Part shown: in pieces, positions 16,347 through 24,673 of the stretch
How positions within the stretch are numbered: position 1 is the stretch's first letter
Layout of the letters: every line of letters begins with the position of its first letter
IMG/VR virus record: IMGVR_UViG_3300033508_000294
Location: 1-35,596 of that record
Reading direction: 5' to 3' (one strand)
From: a virus
DNA length: 35,596 bases
Translations under genes and position numbers: made by a program
The notes under the pieces: model-generated
What the model was told of the DNA's origin: nothing
The model's database searches: none
The model's input: only the letters and a program-made list of their open reading frames with translations

Positions 16347-16355
16347 ATTTATAGG

Positions 16356-16667
16356 TTAAGAATTTTCTAACATTTTTTCAACAATATCATTTAATGTCTG
16401 TATATCAATTGTCTTCATATACCAAATGGCACTTTTTCCATTTTCATCTTTTAAAGAGAATGAAAAATCATCACCATAAATACCACCATCATATTTATAT
16501 AGTTCAGTAAAATATAGTTTTTGATAATTATGTGTTATTTCAAAATTTAACTTAACATAAGTATCATCTTGTTTATTGAAGTATTCCTCAACCTTATCAA
16601 ATAATTCATTTCTACTTAATCTACTTTCATTTAATATATGTTGTTTATATGTTTTAATATTTTTCAT
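16356..16667 (-). CDS. hypothetical protein with CTS-like leader (MKNIKTYKQHILNE|S)
   Basis: The N-terminus resembles the T4 IPIII capsid-targeting sequence (KTYQEFIAE). Confidence 0.45.
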   Translation of the reverse strand: MKNIKTYKQHILNESRLSRNELFDKVEEYFNKQDDTYVKLNFEITHNYQKLYFTELYKYDGGIYGDDFSFSLKDENGKSAIWYMKTIDIQTLNDIVEKMLENS

Positions 16668-16674
16668 TTTTAAA

Positions 16675-16899
16675 TTATTTTTTATATGATAATAATTTTC
16701 TTAACTTTTCAACCACTACATCAAAGTTATTTTCATCTTTGAAAAATCCTTTAGCCTGAAATGTGGATGGTGAAGAAGAATTTTTAACTGCATACATTGC
16801 TTCTCTTAAATTTGAAAATTCTTCTATTGTTAATGGTTCTAAATCAACATTATTGTTTGAATCTTCTAAAGATTCATTAAATTTTTTAATATGTGCCAT
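16675..16899 (-). CDS. small protein with CTS-like leader (MAHIKKFNE|S)
   Basis: The N-terminus is MAHIKKFNESLE, belonging to the same leader family as the genes at 11324 and 11687. Confidence 0.45.
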   Translation of the reverse strand: MAHIKKFNESLEDSNNNVDLEPLTIEEFSNLREAMYAVKNSSSPSTFQAKGFFKDENNFDVVVEKLRKLLSYKK

Positions 16900-17022
16900 T
16901 TTAAATATTATTTATTTTTATGTATATATAAAAAAATATTATGATATTTTCAGTTACAAATGTAATAAAAAATTTTTAATATATAACTAAAATGGTAATA
17001 AAAATTTTTAATATATAAAAAT

Positions 17023-18057
17023 ATGAAAAAATATCTTGATTTTATAAACGAAAGTAAATATGATAATACTTTAGAATTATATCCTGAAAAAGCAGACTTA
17101 ATAATAAAACTTAAAGAAGAAAATATTACACCAGCATGGTTGCCTTGGGTAGTAAAAAATTGTAATAATATGGAAGATATTGAAATAGTTATTGATTTTA
17201 ATATTGCAAAACAAAATAATTTAATTCAAAAAGCAGACATATTTAGTTATAACACCATCCAGAAGATAAAAGATGAAATAGAAAATGTAAAAGGAAGAAT
17301 TAAAAGAATAAAAGATAGAGAAGGAATTAAACCAATTTTTGAAAGTGGTCCATATGAAATTTATAAATTAAATAATTATAATGAATGTGCTAAATTATTG
17401 AATGGTACTGATTTTTGTATAAAAAAACCAGATAGATTTGATTTTTACACAATAGATAATACTGATCCAGAAAAAACATCTAAACTTGGTGCACATGAAT
17501 TATACATTGTAATAAATGAAGATGAAAAAGGACGTTTTAATAAAATAGTTATAGGTAAGACTAAATTTATAACAATAATATATGATGTGGAAGATGAATT
17601 TTTAAATAATGTAAATCAAATAATTACATTAGAATTACCGGAAAGTCGTGCTGTTTGGAAAAAGTGGACAATTAATAAATGTTTAAAACAAATTATTTAT
17701 TTTGATGATATAAAAAACTACTTTATGTCAATGCCAAATAATGTTGTTTCTTTCTTGAATAGAACAATATATAATCCTACTGATGAAAATCCTAATAAAA
17801 CCAGTTTTAAAGCAAGTTTTGATGGTATTATTAATGGACATCCTATTACATTTGATGATTATAAAGTAGTTAAAACTACTACATCTAATTCAGGTGGTGC
17901 AAAATTAATTATATCTAATGGTAAATTAATATTTTATGCGAATTATGATAATGAACATAATTTAGTTAAAATAAATAAAGATGCTAATCAAACTGAAAAA
18001 ATTATTGATATTAATAATCCAGAATTAATAGAATATTTTACAAATATATGTAAATGA
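17023..18057 (+). CDS. hypothetical protein with CTS-like leader (MKKYLDFINE|S)
   Basis: A 344-aa ORF whose N-terminus is MKKYLDFINESK. No recognisable catalytic motifs. Confidence 0.5.
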   Translation: MKKYLDFINESKYDNTLELYPEKADLIIKLKEENITPAWLPWVVKNCNNMEDIEIVIDFNIAKQNNLIQKADIFSYNTIQKIKDEIENVKGRIKRIKDREGIKPIFESGPYEIYKLNNYNECAKLLNGTDFCIKKPDRFDFYTIDNTDPEKTSKLGAHELYIVINEDEKGRFNKIVIGKTKFITIIYDVEDEFLNNVNQIITLELPESRAVWKKWTINKCLKQIIYFDDIKNYFMSMPNNVVSFLNRTIYNPTDENPNKTSFKASFDGIINGHPITFDDYKVVKTTTSNSGGAKLIISNGKLIFYANYDNEHNLVKINKDANQTEKIIDINNPELIEYFTNICK

Positions 18058-18058
18058 C

Positions 18059-18199
18059 CTATTTAACCCATAACTTATTATAATAATATATTTGAATATC
18101 TGTTAAGTTATTAATCCATTCCTTAAAATATTGTTGGTATTTAGGTGAATTGTTTTTTCTCCATTCTTCATCTAAATATCTGTATAGTATATCATTCAT
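18059..18199 (-). CDS. small hypothetical protein (not in ORF track)
   Basis: My own translation gives MNDILYRYLDEEWRKNNSPKYQQYFKEWINNLTDIQIYYYNKLWVK. It overlaps the stop of the upstream gene and fills a 134-nt gap. Confidence 0.3.
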   Translation of the reverse strand: MNDILYRYLDEEWRKNNSPKYQQYFKEWINNLTDIQIYYYNKLWVK

Positions 18200-18437
18200 T
18201 ATAAAGTATTGCTAATTTTTCTTCAAGTATTTTAATTTTTTCATTTGTTTCATTAAATTTTTGAGTTGCCAATTCATCTGACATAGGATATGTTTCTGAT
18301 CCACCATAAAAAGAAGTCATATCTTTATCAAGTTGATGATAATACCAAAAAGTTTTTACAAATGATTTAAGTCCAGAAAGTTCATGTTTTACTTTCCTTC
18401 TTTCTATTCCATGTATTTTGTAAGTTATTTCATTCAT
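18192..18437 (-). CDS. hypothetical protein
   Basis: An 81-aa ORF. Confidence 0.4.
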   Translation of the reverse strand: MNEITYKIHGIERRKVKHELSGLKSFVKTFWYYHQLDKDMTSFYGGSETYPMSDELATQKFNETNEKIKILEEKLAILYNE

Positions 18438-18447
18438 ATTTTTAAAT

Positions 18448-18735
18448 TTATGCTCGTGGTAATAACCAAGGATCAGGAAAATTAAATTCTACTGGATTAC
18501 CATTGTATTCAATATATTCATTCCCATCAAATATACAATCTAAACAACATTTAGTACTTAGATTAAAATTTTCTTTTAATTCATTATTTAAAACAGTATC
18601 CAATAAAATTTTTACATCATTCATTGAATCACAATATCCATGTGAATTAATTTCTTTTCTTAAAATACTCAAAGATTTAATCCTATCATATTTCAATTGT
18701 CCTACTTTTATTAATTTATATTCTAATTCTTCCAT
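18448..18735 (-). CDS. hypothetical Cys-rich protein
   Basis: A 95-aa ORF with several Cys residues (CDS...CCLDC). Confidence 0.4.
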   Translation of the reverse strand: MEELEYKLIKVGQLKYDRIKSLSILRKEINSHGYCDSMNDVKILLDTVLNNELKENFNLSTKCCLDCIFDGNEYIEYNGNPVEFNFPDPWLLPRA

Positions 18736-18994
18736 AGTTTATTAAAGCTAATTCTGTTAATTTATAAGTGTAAGCAATCCATTTTCCACCAATTCCAATA
18801 GGAATTGCACCTTCAGTTGAATACCACACAATTATTTCACTATTATTTGGTTCAATATACAACCCATTATATCTCATTTTAAGTTCTACTATAATACCAG
18901 TTCCATCTTTGGTATGTACTTCTTGACCTAAATAAAATTGTGGGATACCATCAACTGATTCCAAACCTTTTTGATAATCTGTAAGTTTTGTCAT
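18716..18994 (-). CDS. hypothetical protein
   Basis: A 92-aa ORF. Its N-terminus MTKLTDYQKGLE|S is weakly CTS-like. Confidence 0.4.
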   Translation of the reverse strand: MTKLTDYQKGLESVDGIPQFYLGQEVHTKDGTGIIVELKMRYNGLYIEPNNSEIIVWYSTEGAIPIGIGGKWIAYTYKLTELALINYGRIRI

Positions 18995-18995
18995 T

Positions 18996-19220
18996 TTAAT
19001 AATACCAATAATTTAATATATTTTCTATTGCATCATCAAATTCAATTAATACATCCACATCCAAATTAACATCTTCTGGAAATGGTTCTTCATTCTTAAT
19101 TTTATTTGTTAAATCTTCAAGATGTTTTAACAAATTTTCTTTAAGAGTTGGTATATAGTTTTGTCTATCTACCATCTCTTTTTCTGAATAGAAATTCCTT
19201 GGATTTGGATTGTCAATCAT
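18996..19220 (-). CDS. hypothetical acidic protein
   Basis: A 74-aa ORF lying 1 nt from its neighbour. Confidence 0.4.
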   Translation of the reverse strand: MIDNPNPRNFYSEKEMVDRQNYIPTLKENLLKHLEDLTNKIKNEEPFPEDVNLDVDVLIEFDDAIENILNYWYY

Positions 19221-19225
19221 CTTTA

Positions 19226-19372
19226 TTAGTATTTGGGTTTATCATCAAAACTTTTTCCAAATAGTCTTAATATGAATTCAAAAAATCCTAAACATAATAA
19301 AACTAACAAAGCTAATATTTCCGGAAATAATATTATCACTAATAATATTATAAATAATAAAAGTCCTACCAT
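19226..19372 (-). CDS. small hydrophobic membrane protein (not in ORF track)
   Basis: My own translation gives MVGLLLFIILLVIILFPEILALLVLLCLGFFEFILRLFGKSFDDKPKY. It starts 3 nt after the upstream gene's stop and fills the gap. It is preferred over the low-complexity plus-strand ORF 19233-19439. Confidence 0.4.
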   Translation of the reverse strand: MVGLLLFIILLVIILFPEILALLVLLCLGFFEFILRLFGKSFDDKPKY

Positions 19373-19375
19373 AAG

Positions 19376-20362
19376 TTATTTATTTTTAAAGGTTTTAAAA
19401 TCATTTAGAATTTCATCAGAAGAATGTTCAAGCGCATAGATTCTGAAATCATCAAAACTATCTCTGAATTTATTAAGCATATCTCCAAGTTCTTTATCCT
19501 TCAGTTCAGGATATAGTTCCATAATTAGTTTACCATTGAATTTATTATAGATAGATTCATTTTCATCATCAATTTTTTGAAGTTCTTGAATCTGTTCTTT
19601 CAGACGAGCTTCTGGAAAATACTTATCAATTTCATCAATGTAATCTACTTTTTCTTTAAATTCATAGGTCTTAGTGATATTATTATCAGTAAGATATTCA
19701 AGGAATTTTTGATAAGAAGTTCTCTTCCTATTTCTTTTCCTATCAATAGAATTCATATTATCCCATTGGAAAATATTATGGTCAAAATATTTTGAACCAA
19801 TAATAAAATTAAAAATTTGTTCCATTTCATCAAAACCTTTAAGATATTTATTATAATTAAATCCAAGAAATTCTACTGTTTTTTGATGATTTTTAGTTAC
19901 AACAATATCTTTAGTTTGTCTACCACTAAAACTTCTTACAGGAAAAATCAGACCATTCCATCCAAATTTTAGTCCAAACTTGTGATAAGTTTTTCCACAA
20001 ATATTAGAAAAAGGATCAAAGTCAAACCATTTGATTGCAAAATTCCAATCATCTTCCTTAATAGAAATGAAATCAATTTGGAAGTTATCATAGTCAAATG
20101 ATACAACTCCACCATTATTATAGATTTCAGTAGGATTAAAATGTTCCTTGATGAATTCAACCATATTGATGTTATTTAGATTTTCAGTTTTCCTAATAAG
20201 AACATCAAGGTCACCATGATCTTTTTTATTATAATAAGATTGTACACATTTAGTATCAATTCCTAATTTAAAAAGAACATCAGTAATTTCTTGTGAAATT
20301 CTATTGTAATCTTCAGTAGACTTTCTTACCGTTATTGCTACTTTAAGTGCTTTTCCGCCCAT
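19376..20362 (-). CDS. hypothetical protein (possible pol-beta-type nucleotidyltransferase fold)
   Basis: KKDHGDLDVLI resembles the hG[GS]...DxD motif of minimal nucleotidyltransferases, but the match is weak. A TATCTTTG -7 element lies 21 nt upstream. Confidence 0.35.
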   Translation of the reverse strand: MGGKALKVAITVRKSTEDYNRISQEITDVLFKLGIDTKCVQSYYNKKDHGDLDVLIRKTENLNNINMVEFIKEHFNPTEIYNNGGVVSFDYDNFQIDFISIKEDDWNFAIKWFDFDPFSNICGKTYHKFGLKFGWNGLIFPVRSFSGRQTKDIVVTKNHQKTVEFLGFNYNKYLKGFDEMEQIFNFIIGSKYFDHNIFQWDNMNSIDRKRNRKRTSYQKFLEYLTDNNITKTYEFKEKVDYIDEIDKYFPEARLKEQIQELQKIDDENESIYNKFNGKLIMELYPELKDKELGDMLNKFRDSFDDFRIYALEHSSDEILNDFKTFKNK

Positions 20363-20383
20363 TTTTTATAATTTAATTAGATA

Positions 20384-20391
20384 CAAAGATA
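20384..20391 (-). promoter_or_regulatory. Bacteroidetes-type -7 element TATCTTTG (minus strand)
   Basis: caaagata lies 21 nt upstream of the ATG at 20362. The flanking sequence matches the 15961-15990 promoter copy. Confidence 0.45.
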
Positions 20392-20394
20392 GTA

Positions 20395-20766
20395 TTATTT
20401 TTTTAATTTTCCTAATATTTTATCTAATTTTTGAGCTCTTTCTACTAATAACCTAGTTTCATTATATTCTGTTTCATTTTCATGATAAATTAAGTAATCA
20501 CCTATCACATTAAAATTATGAAAATAAAATTCTTCTATTTCTGTATCACCTCTTAAATAGATACAATCATATCCATTCATAGCAACATCAAAATCTTTCC
20601 CTTTAATGTTATCACTGAACCAATTACATATAGCAGATTTATATAATTTTTTTTCATCGCGTTTTAACATTTCTTCAAAACGATAAAATTCTGCATTAAC
20701 ACAGTTCTTTGGGATTTTCCAAAAACCATGTCTTGACTTCTTTGCTTTAATTTTATATATCCACAT
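20395..20766 (-). CDS. small protein, member of the K-L-K-K-I-K C-tail family
   Basis: The C-terminus is ...RAQKLDKILGKLKK. Its core FHNFNVIGDYLIYHENE is paralogous to the gene at 20942-21295. Confidence 0.45.
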   Translation of the reverse strand: MWIYKIKAKKSRHGFWKIPKNCVNAEFYRFEEMLKRDEKKLYKSAICNWFSDNIKGKDFDVAMNGYDCIYLRGDTEIEEFYFHNFNVIGDYLIYHENETEYNETRLLVERAQKLDKILGKLKK

Positions 20767-20775
20767 ATTTATAAT

Positions 20776-20937
20776 TTAGATGTTATCTTCTGTTAATTCC
20801 ATTATATACATTGCTAATGATTCTGCTGCAAGTAATGAGTACTTTTTTTCTACTCTCTGTTCTGGTGTAAGACCTTTCATACGTTGTAAAAAAACATATG
20901 CTTCAAGTCTAATCTGATTTCTTCTTTTTTCATCCAT
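20776..20937 (-). CDS. small hypothetical protein (not in ORF track)
   Basis: My own translation gives MDEKRRNQIRLEAYVFLQRMKGLTPEQRVEKKYSLLAAESLAMYIMELTEDNI. It fills a 175-nt gap. Confidence 0.3.
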   Translation of the reverse strand: MDEKRRNQIRLEAYVFLQRMKGLTPEQRVEKKYSLLAAESLAMYIMELTEDNI

Positions 20938-20941
20938 ATTA

Positions 20942-21295
20942 TTATAATTTAGATTTTATCTTTTTTAATTTCACCATTCTTTCAAATAATGTTCTATCTT
21001 CATGGTTTTGAAAAAAATATAATGTATTATCAAGTAATTCATAATTAGAATATTCATAAAATTTACCAATTACATGATCAGTAAATATTCTGAATTGACC
21101 TTTACCTACTTCTACTTTAAATTCATTATTATTATTTTCTGAATAAGCAGTTACAATTGCACTTAATAGTTCATGATTCATTGAACTAAGTTTAGCCTTT
21201 ATGTTATAATTAATTAGTGTTATAGGAGTTCCCCATAAACCATTAGGTTGTCTTTTTGTTTTTATAGTATAAGTTATCATTGTGCAAATGTACAA
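20942..21295 (-). CDS. small protein, member of the K-L-K-K-I-K C-tail family
   Basis: The C-terminus is ...RMVKLKKIKSKL. It is a paralog of the gene at 20395-20766. Confidence 0.45.
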   Translation of the reverse strand: MYICTMITYTIKTKRQPNGLWGTPITLINYNIKAKLSSMNHELLSAIVTAYSENNNNEFKVEVGKGQFRIFTDHVIGKFYEYSNYELLDNTLYFFQNHEDRTLFERMVKLKKIKSKL

Positions 21296-21312
21296 ATAAA
21301 AAAAATAAATTC

Positions 21313-21741
21313 CTAATTTTCTTTAAGATAAATACACCTAACAAATGTATTTGGTTTAAATCCAATTTTAGTTATACAATATTCAAATTCTAAATCTTTT
21401 ATATCTTTACCCATTTTTCTTAATATTTTAAGAAGTTTTGTATGTCTTGACCCATTTATATTTATTGATGTAAATAATGTTAATCCAGGTGAACTAGTAT
21501 CTGGATCAACTCTAATTACAAATATTTTATCCTTATGAACATTAGTTGGGTTTATAAATATTGTTTGATTTATACCCCATTTATTTAATTTCTTTTCAAA
21601 AACTTTTACTCCCATTTGTGGAAATTGTGATGTTGAATCAACAATATCTTCAAAATCTATAAACATAAATACTGAATTTTCTATTTTATCTTTAAGTACA
21701 GGTACATATTTTACAATTTTAGTTAAATCAAAATTATTCAT
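21313..21741 (-). CDS. hypothetical protein
   Basis: A 142-aa ORF. Confidence 0.4.
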   Translation of the reverse strand: MNNFDLTKIVKYVPVLKDKIENSVFMFIDFEDIVDSTSQFPQMGVKVFEKKLNKWGINQTIFINPTNVHKDKIFVIRVDPDTSSPGLTLFTSININGSRHTKLLKILRKMGKDIKDLEFEYCITKIGFKPNTFVRCIYLKEN

Positions 21742-21806
21742 ATTATAAAATTCTTTTTATAAACATATAGTATTAAATTGAATATAAGATTAAAAAAAGT
21801 TAATTT

Positions 21807-22769
21807 ATGAATGTATTAAGTCTTTTTGATGGAATTAGTTGTGGACAAATTGCTTTAAATAGAGCAGGAATAAAAATAGATAATTATTTTTCATCAGAAA
21901 TTGATAAACATTCAATAAATGTTACACAGAATAATTACCCTAATACAATTCAATTAGGTGATGTTACTTTATTAAAAGGAAATACATTACCTAAAATTGA
22001 TTTACTTATTGGTGGTTCACCATGTCAAGGGTTCAGTTTTGCTGGTAAACAACTTAACTTTGAAGATCCAAGAAGTAAATTATTCTTTGAATATGTAAGA
22101 TTAAAAAATGAAACAAATCCAACATATTTTTTACTTGAAAATGTTATAATGAAAAAAGAATATCAAGATGTAATATCTTCATATTTAGGTGTTCAACCAA
22201 TTGAGATAAATAGTGCATTAGTTTCAGCACAACATAGAAGAAGATTATACTGGACTAATATTCCAGATGTAAAACAACCAGAAGATAAGAAATTAACAGT
22301 TATGTCTATAATTGAAGATAATATAGGTGGAACTAAAGTTATCTTTGATGAAAATGGTATTTGTAGGTTAAAGGCAAAGAATAAGAAGAATATAATATTA
22401 GAATTTGAAGTACCACCACCTTATTCAATATATGAAGCAAGAACAGATATGGCAAAAATTGCAAGAAGGGAATCAAGAAAATTATATGGAATAGATACTA
22501 ATCCAAGGGGTGTTGATTACAAGGAATATAGGATAAATAAAAAAGATAAATGTAATTGTATTCTTACTTCAAGGACTGAATTAGATTGTATAATAGATAG
22601 TCAATATAATTATAGGCCACTTACTATAATTGAAGCAGAAAGACTACAAACAGTGCCCTATAATTATACAAACTATGCCAGTGATAATCAAAGATGGAAA
22701 ATGTTAGGAAATGGATGGACAGTTGATGTCATATCACATATTTTTTCACATATAAAAAATAATATATAA
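21807..22769 (+). CDS. DNA (cytosine-5)-methyltransferase
   Basis: Motif I LFDGISCG (FxGxG), motif IV GGSPCQGFS (PCQ), motif VI ENV, motif VIII QHRRR and motif X GNGWTV are all present in the canonical order. Confidence 0.85.
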   Translation: MNVLSLFDGISCGQIALNRAGIKIDNYFSSEIDKHSINVTQNNYPNTIQLGDVTLLKGNTLPKIDLLIGGSPCQGFSFAGKQLNFEDPRSKLFFEYVRLKNETNPTYFLLENVIMKKEYQDVISSYLGVQPIEINSALVSAQHRRRLYWTNIPDVKQPEDKKLTVMSIIEDNIGGTKVIFDENGICRLKAKNKKNIILEFEVPPPYSIYEARTDMAKIARRESRKLYGIDTNPRGVDYKEYRINKKDKCNCILTSRTELDCIIDSQYNYRPLTIIEAERLQTVPYNYTNYASDNQRWKMLGNGWTVDVISHIFSHIKNNI

Positions 22770-22773
22770 AATT

Positions 22774-23499
22774 ATGATAAATACTTATGAAGAATATGTT
22801 AATTTGATTAAAGAAGGATTAATAATAACACATCGAATATCAAAATATAAACATCTGATAGAAAATTATTTAGATAGAAATAATATTAAATTCGAAATTG
22901 ATGTTAATAGTACTAATGATACTTTTAAATTAACATTATATGAAAAAGAATTAAATTCATATGAATCAATACTATCTTTGATAAATAATATTGGGTATTT
23001 CCCTTCTTCGATAAAAGTTTTTAGAAATATTAAAGATAGTAACAATGAAAAATATCAAAATTTTAAATATAACTTTGATACAATTAAAGATGAAATAAAT
23101 AATGAAAAATTTATTAAATTAATTTTGTCTTGTGAAGCATTGTTTGATTATGAAGTTTTAAATTTACCATCTATTATTTACCATATATATCCATCAAATT
23201 ATATAAATAAAATTTTAAATCTTGGTCTTATTCCAAAATCAAGAATGAGAAAATCATATCATCCAGAAAGATGTTATTTTACTTATAGTATAATTGATGC
23301 AAATAATTTAATAAAAGAATTTCAACTTAATGATATTAAAGATAACATAGGTCCAATAAACTATTCAATTTTAAAAATTGATTCTTCTGATATGAAAAAT
23401 AAAACAAATGATAAAGATATTAAATTTTTTATTGATCCTAACTCTGTTGGATTTTATACTTACGATAATATCAATCCTTCTTTTATAATTTATCCTTAA
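22774..23499 (+). CDS. hypothetical protein immediately downstream of the MTase, with CTS-like leader (MINTYEEYVNLIKE|G)
   Basis: It starts 4 nt after the MTase stop. The N-terminus resembles the T4 IPIII CTS. There are no recognisable nuclease motifs. Confidence 0.45.
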   Translation: MINTYEEYVNLIKEGLIITHRISKYKHLIENYLDRNNIKFEIDVNSTNDTFKLTLYEKELNSYESILSLINNIGYFPSSIKVFRNIKDSNNEKYQNFKYNFDTIKDEINNEKFIKLILSCEALFDYEVLNLPSIIYHIYPSNYINKILNLGLIPKSRMRKSYHPERCYFTYSIIDANNLIKEFQLNDIKDNIGPINYSILKIDSSDMKNKTNDKDIKFFIDPNSVGFYTYDNINPSFIIYP

Positions 23500-23884
23500 T
23501 CTTCTTTAATTTTAAAGACCTTTGAATTTCTGTTCCTAACATACTTTTTAACATTTCAGATTTTCTTTGAAATGAATCAATTTCTTCTTTATTGTCAAAA
23601 TACTTTTTTAATATTATAATTTTACTAATTATCTTAAAATTCCACCATTTAAAATTTAAAGTATGGATATTCTTATAACCCGAATAAATATTCATTGATT
23701 CTGAAAATCCTTCCTTCATAGTAACAGAATTACTAACAAATCTAGTTTTAGTTTCTTTATTAATATATGGACTAGCATAATAGGAATTACCTTCAATAAA
23801 TTCCCAATTTTCAGGATGATTTAAAGCATTCTTTAACAAATCAATATAAACTTTTTCTATACTTCTGTCTACTTGTGTTTTCAT
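23483..23884 (-). CDS. small protein, K-L-K-K-I-K C-tail family (paralog A)
   Basis: It carries SPYINKETK and WWNFK motifs. The C-terminus is ...RSLKLKKIKDKL. Confidence 0.5.
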   Translation of the reverse strand: MKTQVDRSIEKVYIDLLKNALNHPENWEFIEGNSYYASPYINKETKTRFVSNSVTMKEGFSESMNIYSGYKNIHTLNFKWWNFKIISKIIILKKYFDNKEEIDSFQRKSEMLKSMLGTEIQRSLKLKKIKDKL

Positions 23885-24263
23885 AATTTTTTCCTTATTT
23901 TAGTTACTTTTAAAAATCTATCCATATTATAACCTAATGCATCTTTTAATTCATTGTTAAGTTTTTCATCTTCATTTTTTTTCTATCCATTATAGTATCT
24001 AAATACATTGAATGTATTAATATACTAGTTTTAAAATCCCACCAAGAAATTTTTAATTCATAAATTCGATAATCATTTTTATATATGAATACTTCAAAAT
24101 TATTCATATCGTGTTCTATTTTAAATTGGATTTTAGTTTCTTTATTAATATATGGACTAGTAAAAGTATAAACAACATCTGAAGATTTCCATTTTTCAGG
24201 TGTTAATAACATTTCTTTAAGTAATTCCAAATATACCTTTTTTAATTCCTTATCTACTTTCAT
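23885..24263 (-). pseudogene. frameshifted member of the same family (paralog B); conserved C-tail encoded in the -1 frame after an A8 run
   Basis: The ORF 23946-24263 carries SPYINKETK and WWDFK motifs but ends early (...KMKMKNLTMN). The sequence downstream, in another frame, encodes ...DALGYNMDRFLKVTKIRKKL*, matching the family C-tail. The frame switch coincides with the T8 (coding-strand A8) run at about 23979-23988. Confidence 0.5.
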
Positions 24264-24673
24264 ATTTTTTTCTTATTTAACTTTTTCATTATTCTAATTA
24301 ATTTTATTGACCTCATTATTAATTTTTCTTTAGTATTAAGGTCAATAAACATTTGTGTTAAATTACAATTTTTTGAATAATCTGTTAACCAACCATTAAT
24401 ACTAAATGGTACATGTCTTATTTGATTATCTTTTAATATTGCATTGATTAATTTCTTTTGTGGTTTAAAAAATGTACCAACATTATAACTTGGTAAATGT
24501 GTTTTAGTTAATGGTTCAGTATCACTAATATGTTGTTTTACAAAATTTAATCTCAATTCAAGATTACTGATATTAAGAATTAATTTAGCTTGTATTAATG
24601 TCTTATCATTCCCAAAGGAATAAAAACTTTCATTAGTACCAATAATATAATACTTATTATCAATATTTTTCAT
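24260..24673 (-). CDS. small protein with related basic C-tail (RSIKLIRIMKKLNKKKI)
   Basis: Overlapping start and stop codons place it in the same operon-like string. Confidence 0.45.
   Translation of the reverse strand: MKNIDNKYYIIGTNESFYSFGNDKTLIQAKLILNISNLELRLNFVKQHISDTEPLTKTHLPSYNVGTFFKPQKKLINAILKDNQIRHVPFSINGWLTDYSKNCNLTQMFIDLNTKEKLIMRSIKLIRIMKKLNKKKI

Noticed and set aside
19233-19439. Plus-strand ORF 19233-19439 (68 aa, Asn-rich)
   Set aside because: It is low complexity and lies on the opposite strand from the surrounding operon. The minus-strand 48-aa hydrophobic ORF 19226-19372 fits the gene string better.
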